Counted from the stretch's first letter, positions 49,513 through 62,625 are shown. The stretch: 64,000 nucleotides of DNA from Rhynchobatus australiae (GCA_034780895.1 JAUZTB010000001.1:53300081-53364080), one strand, 5' to 3'. Notes: generated by a model from the sequence alone, not told the origin. Translations and numbers: made by a program.

Positions 49513-50065
49513 TCCATTCCCACTCTGACCCATCAGTCTGTGGCCTCCTGCACTGTTACGGTGAGGCCGAACACTAGCCTGAGGAGCAGCAACTTATCTT
49601 CCCTTTGGGCACATTGCAGCTTTCTGGATTCAATATTGAATTGCACAACTTCAGGTAACTTGATTTCTCTCTCTATATCAATCATCCATTTATGATATTG
49701 GCTCAACTTGTTTGTCTTAATTCCCTTTTTTTATTTTCCTGCTGGGCATGTCTTCCTGCTCGGTACTTTACAATTCCCACATTCTTTTGTCCGTGTTCTG
49801 CATCTCAAACTAGGGCCATTCACTCATTGATCAGATAACCTTGTTTACAGTTTATCCCCAGGATCACCCCTGTTTCACCCTTACCAGGACAACCCTCCCT
49901 GCAATTTAACAAACTTTTTTCCTCACCTTCCCAGTTCTGATGAAGGGTCTTTAACCTGAAACATATATTCTGTGTCTCCTCCCACAGGTGAGGCCTTACC
50001 TGCTGAGTATTTCCAGTATTTTCTGTTTTTATTTTAGGTTTCCAGCATCTGCAGTTTTTATTTTC
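49513..50065 (+). mobile_element. Penelope-like element: end of the GIY-YIG domain, stop, 3' UTR with hammerhead-like motif and tail
   Basis: HSHSDPSVCGLLHCYGEA...EEQQLIFPLGTLQLSGFNIELHNFR*; CTGATGA at 49937 and GAAA at 49958. Confidence 0.85.
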
Positions 50066-50067
50066 AT

Positions 50068-50275
50068 TGTGTACTCCTTGGGAATTTGTATTAGAACAAC
50101 TGTTTTTCTTTTTACATTTCAATGATCTGGACTTAGGTACCAGGAGTACAACTTCAAAATGAGGCAAAACTAGGCTATGTAATAAACGGTGAAAAAAATA
50201 TTAACAGATTACAAGAGGACAATGACCGATCAGAGAATGAACAAGTGTGAAGTGAGGCATTTTGGGAAAAACAGC
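50068..50275 (+). mobile_element. Old CR1 RT fragment, right half of the host
   Basis: Resumes after GVP: FNDLDLGTRSTTSK, KLG, NRLQEDND, KCEVRHFG. Confidence 0.7.
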
Positions 50276-50889
50276 CTGAATCTAAATGCACTGTTTTTAT
50301 TGAGTTTTAAATTGATGAATGGACTGAGTATTTAAACTGAAAATGTTGAATGTGTTTCTAGTTTGTTTGTCTTTCTTTTCAAGCAGTTTCAACAAGCTTA
50401 TCAGCAATTAATGTATTTATCAAGTGAAATTTTTGTGGCAAAGTATAATACATATGAGGGAAAACACAGAGATTGTGTTCTTTGTGGGGAGTACCACTAC
50501 AACTTGTATTTATATAATGAAGATATAATGGCCACCAAGGCCAAGGAATGGATNNNNNNNNNNNNNNNNNNNNNNNNNNNNNNNNNNNNNNNNNNNNNNN
50601 NNNNNNNNNNNNNNNNNNNNNNNNNNNNNNNNNNNNNNNNNNNNNNNNNNNNNAAAGGGTTGGATTTTTCTGAGATTTTTGAAGTACGAGAGCACTTAGG
50701 AAAGGAGTTTCAAAGCATTGGAGCTCAGTGGTGGTGACCTAGAGCTCACTGCCCACATGGCTGACGTAAGCAGAGTCAATCAGTGCTTTCCAAGGGGAAT
50801 TGGATAGGTTCTTGAAAGAAAAAAAATTACAGAGCCATATTGTCACAGTGAAAAGGCAACTGAATCCCTCCATGGGGTACTGACATGGA

Positions 50890-51520
50890 CTCCTTCCATG
50901 CACATTGGTGATGAGGGTGCAAAAAGTGAGATCTTGAGGTACATATTCATGTCTTTGAAGGCACCATTGTAAGTTGATGGGGCAACTAAAAAATGTACAG
51001 TGATGTTTGGTTTTGTAAATAGGGGCAATGAATGGAAAAACAAGGAAGTCTTTATGAATCACTGGTTTAACCTCAGTTTGTATTGTTCAAAATTCTGGGC
51101 CCCTCAGAAGGGTATCAATGCCTTGGAGAGGATGTGGAGGAAGCACATCAAGCTGTTTGTTTTTTTCTTGGAGCAGAGGAGGCAGAGGGGAGAACTGACT
51201 GATGTGTACAAAATTATCAAGCGCATAGATACGGTATAGAATGGATTGTGGAAGAAGCGTTCAGAATCAGAGGGCATAGATTTAAGGGAAGGGGTAGAAT
51301 TTTAGAGGGAATGTGGAAGAATTTTTTCACCCAGTGGTTGGTTAGAATCTGGATCACATTATCTGAGTGGCTCTCACAACAATTACAAAGCATCTAGAAG
51401 AACACTTGCAACACCAAGGTGTAGAGGTGAGGGTTAATGGGATTAGGATAGATGAATACTTGATAGTTGGCATGGACATAGTGGGCTGAAGGGCTTATTT
51501 CTATCTACATGACTCTATGA
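50890..51520 (+). mobile_element. Decayed CR1 3' fragment
   Basis: MFGFVNRGNEWKNKEV, FWAP, LEQRRQRGELTDVYKII; tail gggctgaagggcttatttctatctacatgactctatgattct. Confidence 0.8.
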
Positions 51521-51614
51521 TTCTGTACCGTACCAAAGATAATTAACTTTAGCTTTGTGGAGACATTGGAGAAACTTTCCTGACAGCAGAAATGATTAAG
51601 TGGATGAAAATTAA

Positions 51615-51735
51615 AAAAAACGACAGATGCTGCAAATCTGAAATAAAAACAGAAAGTGCAGGAAATACTCAGCAGTTCAGGCGACATCTTTGGTAAGAGA
51701 AACAAAGTTAACGTTTCAGGTGGAAAACTCCATCT
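51615..51735 (-). mobile_element. Penelope-like terminal repeat fragment
   Basis: cagatgctgcaaatctgaaataaaaacag..aaagttaacgtttcagg; similar decayed copies at about 33420, 34230, 41480, 60430 and 62110. Confidence 0.72.
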
Positions 51736-52214
51736 AAATTGGCTGGCTGAACAGGAAAGCATTTTCTGCTTTTCTTAATGGTTAAATAGGGACCTGGGAG
51801 AGGTGTCAAAATTACAGAGGGTCTTGACAGTGCAGGATGGGAATAATTGTTTACTTTGAAAATTGGGTCAACAATTGTGGGTCATAGATTTAGAATAAGT
51901 GATCAAAGAAGCTAAAGGAAAACATGGAATTTTTCACAGATTGCACTTGGTAAAGTGGTAATGGAATTAAGAGAAAATTTAAGAGCAATTGAACAGGAGG
52001 ATTGGTCACCTTTTGTGCTACAATATTATGTGGTACTTCCTAGGATTGTCAGGGAGAATAGGTACAGGTGCAGATATGGGATTATGGGATGCTCTGAGAT
52101 AAATTTAATGGGCCAAATGATCTCATTCTATATTGTAAGAAAATAATATGAAATCAAAATATGAATATATGAAAACTCCCAGAAAACATACAGCATTATC
52201 GCCTGTAAATAAGA

Positions 52215-53131
52215 TAAGGTGCGACTGTATGGCTAAGCACAGCTCCAACACCATCTACAAATTCACCAATGACACCACTGTTCACGGATGGTGAGGTGTA
52301 TCAGAGTGAGGTAGGTCAGCTGGTTGAATTGTGTTGTAACAACAACCTCACACTCAACGTCAGCAAGACCAAGGAACTGATTGTGAACTTTAGGAAGGGG
52401 AAGTCAGGTGAACTAGCAACAATCCTCATTGAAGGGTCTGTGGTGGAAAGGGTGAGCAGCTTCAAGTTCCTAAGTGTCAACACCTTGGAGGAGAGGATCT
52501 ATCCTGGGCCCAACACATAGATGAAACCATGAAGAAGGCACGCCAGCATCTCTATTTTCTTAGAAGTTTAAGGAGATGTGGCATGTCATCGAAGGTTCTG
52601 ACGAACTTCTCCAGATGCATAGTGGAAGGCATTTTGACTGATTGCATCATGGCCTGCCTGGTAGGGGAACTCCAATGCACAGGAATGCAGGAGGCTACAG
52701 ACAGAGGTGGACTCAGTAAGTTCCGTCACAGGTAGGTCTCCCCACCATCAAGGACATCGTCAAGAGGCGATGTCTCAGGAAGGTGACGTCTATCACTCAG
52801 GACGCCCACCGTCTGGGCCATGTCCTCTTCTCATTGTTGCCATTATGTAGGAGATACAAGAGCCAAAAGAACCACAACTCAAGGTTCAATGACAGTTTCT
52901 TCCTCACTGCCATCAGGTTCTTGAACTGACCTGAGAAACCCTAATTCTACCTCAAACAATATTTCCCTCAACTAGCACTGATGTCGTCATGCTTATTTTT
53001 GTTTATTCTGTCATGTGTAATTTTTGTTAATTTAAGTTTATGTAATTTATGTTTGTAATGTACTGTGCTGCTGCAAAAATCTAATTTTCATGGCATTTAT
53101 GTATGCCCATGACAATAAATTTGAACTTGAA
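52215..53131 (+). mobile_element. Rex1/Babar-like LINE 3' fragment
   Basis: IYKFTNDTT (decayed KFADDTT), YQSEVGQLVELCCNNNLTLNVSKTKELIVNFRK, KKARQHLYFLRSLRR; aataaatttgaacttgaa tail. Confidence 0.88.
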
Positions 53132-56100
53132 TGAGAAAAAGACTCCTCTAAAAACCCGGTGAGGAATTGTTCTTCCTTTCAATTAGAAGACACTAAGCAG
53201 ATAGGGTCATAAGTATGGGACAGATATTAAATACGCCCAAGAGGCACTAGTTCTTTGTCTAGTGAGATAGGCCATCAAGTCCTCCTCCATCCTGTATTAT
53301 CATGACTTTCAGTTTTTCCTATTGTGTGACAAATTATCAGTACATGCAGCTAACTACAAGACAAAATATAAAGGCAATGTTAAAAATGATGCACTAGATT
53401 CTTTCTACAAGTAACTGTATGTAAGAAACCAAATTGGAATGGTAATTAATAGAATGTGTCAGATTGCTTTGAGAACTTTACTTATAGTAGGTTTGAATTT
53501 ATGGAGATTTTTGCTTGTCAACATCCTTCAGAAGGAAGTTGAATTTTCAGAGTTAAAACAATTTTATGAAATTATGTTTTTATACTATCACTGACACACC
53601 AGAGGAAATGATACTTGCTCATGGTGATGATATACTCTGACGTCATACCAGTATTTAAAACTTTGTGAATGTTTGAACATGTTTCTGGCATCTCCAACAT
53701 GTGCAATTAACAGAATGAGCCATTGCGGATTGCAGAACAATATTACAAATAGTTCACTGAGTCCAAGAATGCAATCAGAAATAATCAGGTTATTGATATA
53801 TTCCCAGAAGCTTCAGGTGTTATGAAGCAACAGCAGAGCTATAAGCATTGAGGAAATGGTAGAAATTATATTTGGGATGTACAAGTATGATGTAACTTGC
53901 AAACATAAGTAAACAAATGAAGCTGCATTTAATTNNNNNNNNNNNNNNNNNNNNNNNNNNNNNNNNNNNNNNNNNNNNNNNNNNNNNNNNNNNNNNNNNN
54001 NNNNNNNNNNNNNNNNNNNNNNNNNNNNNNNNNNAAGTAAACAAATGAAGCTGCATTTAATTTTAAGACTTTTCAATTCTTGTGGCATTGTTCTCAAGTA
54101 GTCCCTGATTGCAATTTTCATAGGAGTGAGAAAAAAAAACTTTTCAAAGTAAATCATTAAGAAAACAATTAGAAGAGATGGTTGGAAACTGCACCCCCTC
54201 CACCCCCACAACCCCACCTACTGTCCATTCCTGTAACATCATCTTGTCTTGAAATTCACACAGGACAAATAATAGGTTGGTACAAATTATCATTGAGGCT
54301 ATATTACAAACCTGGGTAAGTGGAAACGTTATTTATTCCTGTACCTCAGATTTATTTTAAGTTAATTCAATTTGATCCTTGTTCACATTTCCTTAGGCCA
54401 CATAACTGGAACAGTAAATAAGCAATTAATTGTCAAGATTGTTTTTTTGTAATCTAAGTCGAATTGTCTTCTTATTTTTTTCTCCATCCATGAGGAGATC
54501 TATCTGAACTGATTATCTCAACAAAGCAGCATTTAGTTGCATCCCTACTTCTCTTCATAACATACATAGTGAGTCTTTTTGACCTGCTTCATCCTTGGTG
54601 CTAAGGATACTCCAACAATGAATTAAGCTGGAACTTTATCACAGCAACTTTGTAGGAACTATTCAGGACAAAATGCTGTGGGGTTTGGAGGGAAACTTTA
54701 AGATGAAGGTAATCTATTGAATTTGTTGCTCTATTCTTCTTGGTGATTCAGGTTATGGAGTGGAATGTTCTGTTGACCTAAATTTAATGAGCTGTTTTTG
54801 TTCAACCAACAGGTAGCACAACCAACTTGGTAAACATTGAGTTGAGCATCAAGGACATTGATTAAATTAACTCTTTCTGAATGCTGAAGATAGAACTTGA
54901 ACCTAGATAGTGAGATGGATTTGAGGAATTTGGGGCTGAGTCAAGTATCACTGTCTATTCCTCATGTAAATAACAACATTTTTGATGTAGGTGATTCCAT
55001 TTATGATCAGTAATAATTTTCTTCCTCCCTCCAAAATATTGATGGAAAGGAATTTCATAATGGATGATTAACGGGAGGCAGACAGACAAATTACTATTGG
55101 CAATGGTAATTGCCTGACAACTCTGCAGTGTGAATGTTACCTGCCACTTGTTAGCCCAGGACTAGGTATTGTCCAGGACCTGCTGCCAACTGATGTGGGT
55201 TACTTCTTACTGGAGGAGATGTAAATTAAGATAAATATTGTAAATCCTTCTGATTTGCAAATTCCATGGAATTTTCACAGCATTGTTCCACTTCCAATCT
55301 TATGATGGATTGATTAAGCAGTGGAAGATGATTCTGCCTAGATCATCGCCCAGAGCAATTCTAGCAGAGATACATATCATCAGGATATAACTAGTGGGCT
55401 TAACAACCACAACCTTTTTTCCTTGGCATCATTTATAGCTGCAACCAGTTTTCCCCTCGGTCTTCATTGGCCTTAGATTTACCACAGTTCATTGATGCCG
55501 TAACAAGGGCAAAAGTTACATTCCCCTTGCCTCCATCTTCTGCATTCATACCTAGATGAAGGCTATAGTGTGGGCAGGAATCAAGAAAATCACTACAGAT
55601 TCTTGCAACACTAGTCTTGCCTGCAAAAGTCACCACGGTTCAAGACTGGGATATATTCATGTGTCTCTTTCTTCATTTGCTATTGCTGAGTTTGGGAACT
55701 TATTATTTTCGATACATTGCTAAAATCATGAGATATTTAGTAAAGGAATGAATAAAATTGAGCCCTTCCTTAATTTATTTGATAATCAAAAATGATGCCT
55801 TTATGATTAAAAATCTTTTTGTTTTTATTTATGTGTTTGCTGTGAATGCTTTCTGGATTACAATAATTTATTTTATTAAAAGAAACAGGTTAAGTAAGTC
55901 TCAAAATGTGTTTGTCAGAAATTTCAGATTTAAATAGGAATATAAAGATTGTGAACTTGAGAGAGGAATCCATGCTAGCTGTCAGACTTGATGCAATATA
56001 ATAAGAGCAATGATTGTTGTTTGCATTTTGACCATTGATTATGAATGCAGGCCATCATTCTCAGCTATGACTGCTTGCTGACATGGGTAAGGAAGCTGTT

Positions 56101-57952
56101 AATGGATCATATTAAGATTTGCATCACACTTACACAAACTGAAACTGAGGAATGACTCATCCATACACCAGCAAATTTTTTTGCAATTTACGACTTTTGT
56201 TTAACAGTTAGAAAAGTACTACGTATACGCCTACATAAAAACCTAAACCGGGCCCTTTTATGAGAAGCCTATTTTCAAGTGTGATAGATAGGTCAAATAA
56301 CCGCTGCTATGAAGACTTGCTTTAGAGTGGGCGTGTGGGATGTAACTCCTTGTTGCACACAGAATTCAGTTACATGTCCTGAACTGAACAGAGATGCTTG
56401 GGCGGTGTGACCAATATGGTCAGAAATAAAATTTGTGGGACACAATTGTGAGCAAGAGAAGGAAAATAATTGTCCAAATTTTCTCTTAATTTCTCATAGC
56501 ATTGGAAAATCACTTAAAGTTTCAACACACTACTGAAAAGTTATTTAGAATTTTAATTCTACGTTTCCCTTATACAGAATTTTAGTGATGGCATTATTTA
56601 TATTCATTTCACTTATAATTTCTTTATCATCCTGGATGAGACATCCTGGACAAGATGAGCATATGCTTTGGGTTGGCATCTTGCATCCTCGTGATTGGTT
56701 GTTGCTTGTCCTATCTCTGGACTATAATTTCCCATCCACTCACATTTTTTCACAAAGTTAGATGACACCATATCCTGGGATTTTTCTGTGAACTGCGGAA
56801 GGAGGGAATACAAGACTTCCATGACAGAGATCAGCACAGATTGAACGTGGTGATGTAGGTGGCTCATTGGAGATAAAATGGTCACGTGGCATGGGAAAGG
56901 GAACAGGTTTGTGTTACCAATCATTTCATGGAAACTGTTGTACACAGATGCCTCAGTGAGAGGTTGAGAAAATCAGAAAATTAAGCAATTTATGCTCTTG
57001 CTACCAATTGAATTAACAGCCACACTGAGAGGCCTCCAATGCATACCCTCGGATATCTTAAGGAAAGATAGGAAAAACATAAAAATATTTCTTTTGTCTC
57101 TCTTCCCATTTTATTTATTCTTTAGATTTTTATTTCCTCCCTTTTCATCAATTTGCTCACCTCTCCTGAGAAAACAAAATTATTGCCTGTTTTGAATATA
57201 TTTCTACAGCAAATATGGTCTAGACTATTTCTAAAAGAGTATTATTTCTGTAAACCTTGGTAGTGACAGCCACCAGCTGAACTTGGAATCATGAGAGTTG
57301 TTCCTTATCAAATCCTCACCTGACTTCCAGGTAGGTGCTCTAAGGTCTAAGTCATAGCAGAGTTGCATGGACAATATTATAGAATATTACAAAGTGATAT
57401 TCTGGAGGTCTTTAAGAAGAAAAAGTGATGTGGTAGAGTAGGTGGTCAAATCCATTTCCTTCAAAGAGAGGATCCAGAAGACATGGCTCACGCTTAAAAT
57501 TAGAGCTCCAGTGTTCGGGGGCTGATGTTGGAAGCACTTCACACAAAAGGTAGTGGGATCCTTAGTCTCTTTGAGGCTAGGTCAAATGAAAATTTGAAAA
57601 TTGCGGTTAATAGGTATTTTATACAAAGGTACTAAGGATTAGAGAAAAAAAGCAGGAAGATGAAGTTAAGGTACAGACCAATCATGATCTAATTAAATGG
57701 CAGTAACCACTACTCATTTTCTCGTGTTCCTCATTTAAGACCTTAAAACTTAATCTTCAGACTAAGGAGTCGTTCACCCACGCTTGTAATTTGTTGTCAA
57801 ATTTTATCTGGTAATATGCCTGTACCCTCTTGGGATATTAAAATGCTAAGGAGATGATATTGCTATATTTTGTTGTTGATCTGGTAAACTAATTCTCTAG
57901 TTACCAGGAGCGTAGTTGTTTATTACATCGAAATGCTCTTTTTAAATATTGT

Positions 57953-57966
57953 GCACCATCTAGTGG
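57953..57966 (-). promoter_or_regulatory. Candidate CTCF core motif
   Basis: Minus strand CCACTAGATGGTGC, close to the CCACYAGRKGGCRC consensus, in non-repeat DNA. Confidence 0.5.
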
Positions 57967-60849
57967 TATATTCAGAAACAGAAGGAAGCACATGAGAAGT
58001 TTTCATTTTACAATGATAACATAAATTCCATTTGTAAATTGTTAGATAAATACAATTTCATATTACTAAATTAGTGCCTTCTACAATTTGGAATCCAATC
58101 TTAAACTAGAAAAACAAAACCAGAGTTATGGATGATCAAAAATGATTAGCATTGCCAGACAAATTCAGGTTGTCTGTCTGATGTTTATTTATCATGTTTT
58201 TCCAAACAGCAGCAATTTTTATCCTAGATTATTATTTTAAGTTTTTCCAATGTCATTGTTATGTTTCTCCTGTTTCAGAATAGGGAATGACACTTGTAAT
58301 CCTTCGGTCTCTGGCACCAATCCTAAATGTAAGGAATGAATGGAAAATTGTGGGCACAGACTCTGCTATCCACAACCTGATGTCCTCAAAAGCTAAGGAT
58401 GTAACTTGAGTATAAGTGGCTTTGAATTAAAGATCCAGACGTTCTACTTTTAGTACTGCTAACATTTCAAATGCCTCCCCTTTATCTATTTTTATCCCAT
58501 CCAGTATCACTATTGCCTTTTGTTTTACTGTGACGTTGGCAACAACCGTTTTGTTCTCAAAAAACACCAATAATATATTTCCACAAGATATCCTTTATAT
58601 GTAATCTGCTCCACCTTTCCTTTATGAATACAATTACTATTTATAGTTTTATTGGTGATTCGTTAGCATGCTACCCTGAATCAAAATGTTCTGGCGTCAT
58701 CCCCTCTGGAGTCTTGAACATAAATGTCCAAGTTGACACTTTGGTACTGAAGCTTACTTTCATTCACAAATTTAATAAAAACATGTTATGTACATAATAC
58801 TAAATCAGGTCTTCTGTGGAAGAGTCTATGGTTCCTGTATTGGCCTTATTATCCACGACACTGCCAACAAAACAGGAATGGAAGCAAGTAATCCTTGATC
58901 CCTAGCATTGTTTAAGAAGAAAAGGAGAAATCAGGCCTCAAATTTTCTTTTGGCTCCTTATTTCTTCTCTCTCAACCCTTCCCCTGAATCTTCAGTTTTG
59001 TGGTCATCCAGTAACAGTAAGTCAACACTGGGAGGGGAGGATCATAAGAGGGCTAGAAGCTTATTTGGAAACTAAAGCCATTATTACCCTATAGCTGATG
59101 TACCAGCTCTCAATCCCCTGCTACATGTACCTAAGCACCCACATCCTATCCCCACATAAAGCCTGCATAATGAGTCAATGAAGAGGTGAAATGACACAGA
59201 TATTCTCAGGATCTGGAGCTACCTGCTATGTATCATCTTCCTAGAACAACTGGGACTGCCATTAATTTGGTCAACTTATTCAAGACCATTCTGTTTTCTT
59301 TCATCAATAGGACCCAGGGTCTGTCTCCTCATATTTAACTAGCAGGTAGCTTCAGCACCACAAGTCATTCTATGGGCTTCTCAAGTTCCCCTTTCTATAA
59401 AGAGGCATTAAAATGGTGTGTCATGTCACCTTAATGTCCCAGCATGCTTTATAGCCAGTTAAGCATTTTTAAAGTATAGGNNNNNNNNNNNNNNNNNNNN
59501 NNNNNNNNNNNNNNNNNNNNNNNNNNNNNNNNNNNNNNNNNNNNNNNNNNNNNNNNNNNNNNNNNNNNNNNNNNNNNNNNGAAAATAGGTCACGCCTAAT
59601 TAGCCAAGCTGTATTTTTTGAGAGGTCAATAGCACAAGGGACTAGAGATAATCTGTGGACATCATTTAAGTAGACCTTCACAAGGTATTTTGTAAGGTTC
59701 CACACAAGAGATGTGTGGTGCACTTTTATTGGTTGGTGGCTCATGTGTACTCGTGCTTTTGACAGAAGTTGCATTATTTAGTTTACTTACTGACATGCTT
59801 CCATCCAGTTTAGGGAGTCAATTACCACAATAAAGTCATGTTTCCTTCATTTTCCAAGTCCAAATAAGTTTGTCATACTGCACAAAACAGTTACAAAAAA
59901 ACCCCAATGCATTACATCAGTGCTGAGAATTGGATACCCATTATGAGATTGTATTGCCAAAGACAGACGAGTGAGAAAATGCAGCAAAACAGAAAGGTGA
60001 ATGCAAGAAATGTTTAGCATATCACCCATGACTATCCTTCAAAACTGATAATGCCATTGTAGTTTCAAGCAAAAATGTCAGAAACAAAATGCAGTAATCT
60101 ATTTGCAAAAGAAAGTCATACTTGCGTAAATGTGCTTGGACAGTTATGCAACACAAGCTAATTTGCTGGTACCTTGCAGCTTAGTTAATATCCCATTCAA
60201 TCAGTGTTCCAAAAATTTAAGTCACAGTTCAATCCAACTTTGTTCAAAATATTTCAAAACTGCAAATTCACTATCAGAGCAATCAATGATAATGTTGTGA
60301 ATTTGAGAGACTTAGCAAGACATTGTAATTTTGGAATGTTTTTGAACCAAATTTGAGGGACAAATTGATGTGTTGATTAACTGATGAGTGAATACAAGCC
60401 AAGATGTTTAATATTCCAGACCTTAAGTGATAATGAAGTGCCTTTAACTTGAAATATTAACTCTGCTTCTCTCTTCACAGATACTGCTTGACCTTCCGAG
60501 TATCTTGGGCATATTCTATTTTAATCTCAGATTTCTATCACCTGCAGTTTTTGATTTTCAAGTGAGTTTGGAAAGCAGGTTGGATTGTCATTGTATTGTA
60601 AATGGTATTGAATAGTGTGAAAGAGTTTTGTTTAGTTCAAGATGAAGATAAGAGAGCACTGTACAATGTTATAGTGACAGCAGTGGAGATGTGGCTTCTT
60701 CACTGGGACATGGTCATTTGAGAGCCAAGGTTGGTTTTGTGTAACTGAGGAACTCTAAACCTGTGTGCCACATGATTATGAAAGGAAGGAGACTCTGCTA
60801 CTGGTGCCAGGGAGATTACGTAGCCTCAGTACCTTCATTCAGAAACAAT

Positions 60850-61110
60850 CCATTGTTATAATCACAAATAATGTAGGACATGTTGCAGCCAATTTACACA
60901 CAATAAGCTTGCACAATTGGTGTCACAGTAATGATTAGATAATCTATTTTAGTAATGCTAATATATGGTATAAATATTCATCAGGACACTGGAGATGTCT
61001 CGCCTTTTGTTTTTTCAAAATGTAATGCTGTGGAATTGGTTATGTTCATATGAGAGTGTAGATAAGAAGTTAATTTAACAATTTATCTCAAAGATAGCAT
61101 TGAATACGAG
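60850..61110 (-). mobile_element. Deu-domain SINE, decayed
   Basis: aatgtaggacatgttgcagccaatttacacacaataagctt..agataatctattttagtaatg..aaatattcatcaggacactggaga is the reverse Deu domain. Confidence 0.68.
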
Positions 61111-61245
61111 CAGTTCAAAGCTAAAGTGTCAGCATGCTCAAATATTTGGAGATGCACTTTCAGAATCATACGACACAGAATGAGAGACCTAAGTTTTCAG
61201 GCATTGTGGATTTGTCCTCAGATGACATCCCTATTGTTAGGATCT

Positions 61246-61757
61246 TCAGAATTAGAATCAGATTTATTATCGCTGACATATGATGTCAAATTTGTTGTTT
61301 TGTGGCAGCAGTACAGCGCAAGACATAAAAATCTATAAAATACAAAAATAAATAGTGCAAAAAGAAAGAATAACGAGGTAGTGTTCATGGGTTCATGGAT
61401 CATTCAGAAATCTGATGGTGGAGGGGAAGAAGCTGTTCCTGAATCATTGAGTTTAGGTCTTCAGTCTTCTGTACCTTCTCCCTAATGGTAATAATGAGAA
61501 GAGGGTGTGTCCCAGATGGTGAAGGTAGATGCCACCTTCTTGAAGCACCACCTCTTGAAGATATCCTCGACGGTGGGGAGGGTTGTGTCCATGATGGAAC
61601 TGGCTGAGTCTATAATCCTTTGAAACCTCTTGCAATCCTGTGCATTGGAGGCTCCATACCAGCTTGTGATGCAACCAGTCAGGATGCTCTCCACCGTACA
61701 TCTACAGAAACTTGTAAGAGTCTTTGGTGACATACCAAAACTCCTCAAACTCCTAAT
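61246..61757 (-). mobile_element. Rex1/Babar-like LINE 3' fragment
   Basis: RSFGMSPKTLTSFCRCTVESILTGCITSWYG; LLPLGRRYRRLKT; short tandem tail (tcagaattagaatcagatttatt on +). Confidence 0.88.
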
Positions 61758-62409
61758 GAATGAAGAACCACGCCACTGGTGTTTTCCTTTTAAGGAGAAT
61801 TGAAAGCCTCAGGTCACTTTCAATGGAAATCACAGAAGAATTAAGTTTGCCAGCTTTTGGTGGGGGGGGGGTAAACTCACTAGATTTTCTGAAGTATTAT
61901 TTTAACGGTGAACATAATGTACTAATTTATTTTAAAATAAAGTATTATATGAAAATAATGTGAAATGGAAAATCCAAACCTATCATCGTCCATTACAAGT
62001 AAATTAGATGATTAGGTGTTTTCATTGTTCTTGAAATTATCCAATACGTAATATTATAAACCACCCCACTGAAGGCTGAATAAGTTAACTGCAGCACAAC
62101 ATTCAAAACCAGCAAAAATACAGATGCTGGAAATCAAAAACAAAAAAAAACAGAATACCATGGAAGTACTCAGCAGGTCAGGCAACATGCAAAAAACTTA
62201 GTTAACTGCGCACTGATGCATTAACAATTACTATTTAATGACAGAGGATCAAGGCAAGTTGAAAGAGGAAGTCAACATCATATAACTTCTGTTTCAAATA
62301 TGGTGCCTGGAAACATTCAAAATATCTGAGCCTCCAAAATTAAGAAGGCAAAAAAAAAGATATTTCTGGATCCTTATTTCATAGTTTATCCAGAATCCTG
62401 GAATAATAG

Positions 62410-62625
62410 TAAAATAGAATCATGGAGTTGTACATCACAGAAACAGGCCCTTTGGCTCACTACATCTCTACTCTAATCTCATTTGTCCTCCTTAGGCCTG
62501 TATCCTTTCATGTCTTGCCAACTTAGGTGCCTGTCTAAATCTCTCTTAAATGTTGTCATTGTATCCGACTCCACCACCTGCTGCAGCAGCAAGTTCCAGA
62601 TGTCAACAACACCTCTGTAAAAAAA
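62410..62625 (-). mobile_element. CR1 3' end
   Basis: acagaaacaggccctttggc..ctgtctaaatctctcttaaatgttg..ctccaccacc is the reverse of the 5210-5440 type tail. Confidence 0.75.

Noticed and set aside
53907-54062. 28 bp direct repeat (53907-53934 and 54035-54062)
   Set aside because: The copies directly flank a 100-N gap; typical unmerged contig overlap.
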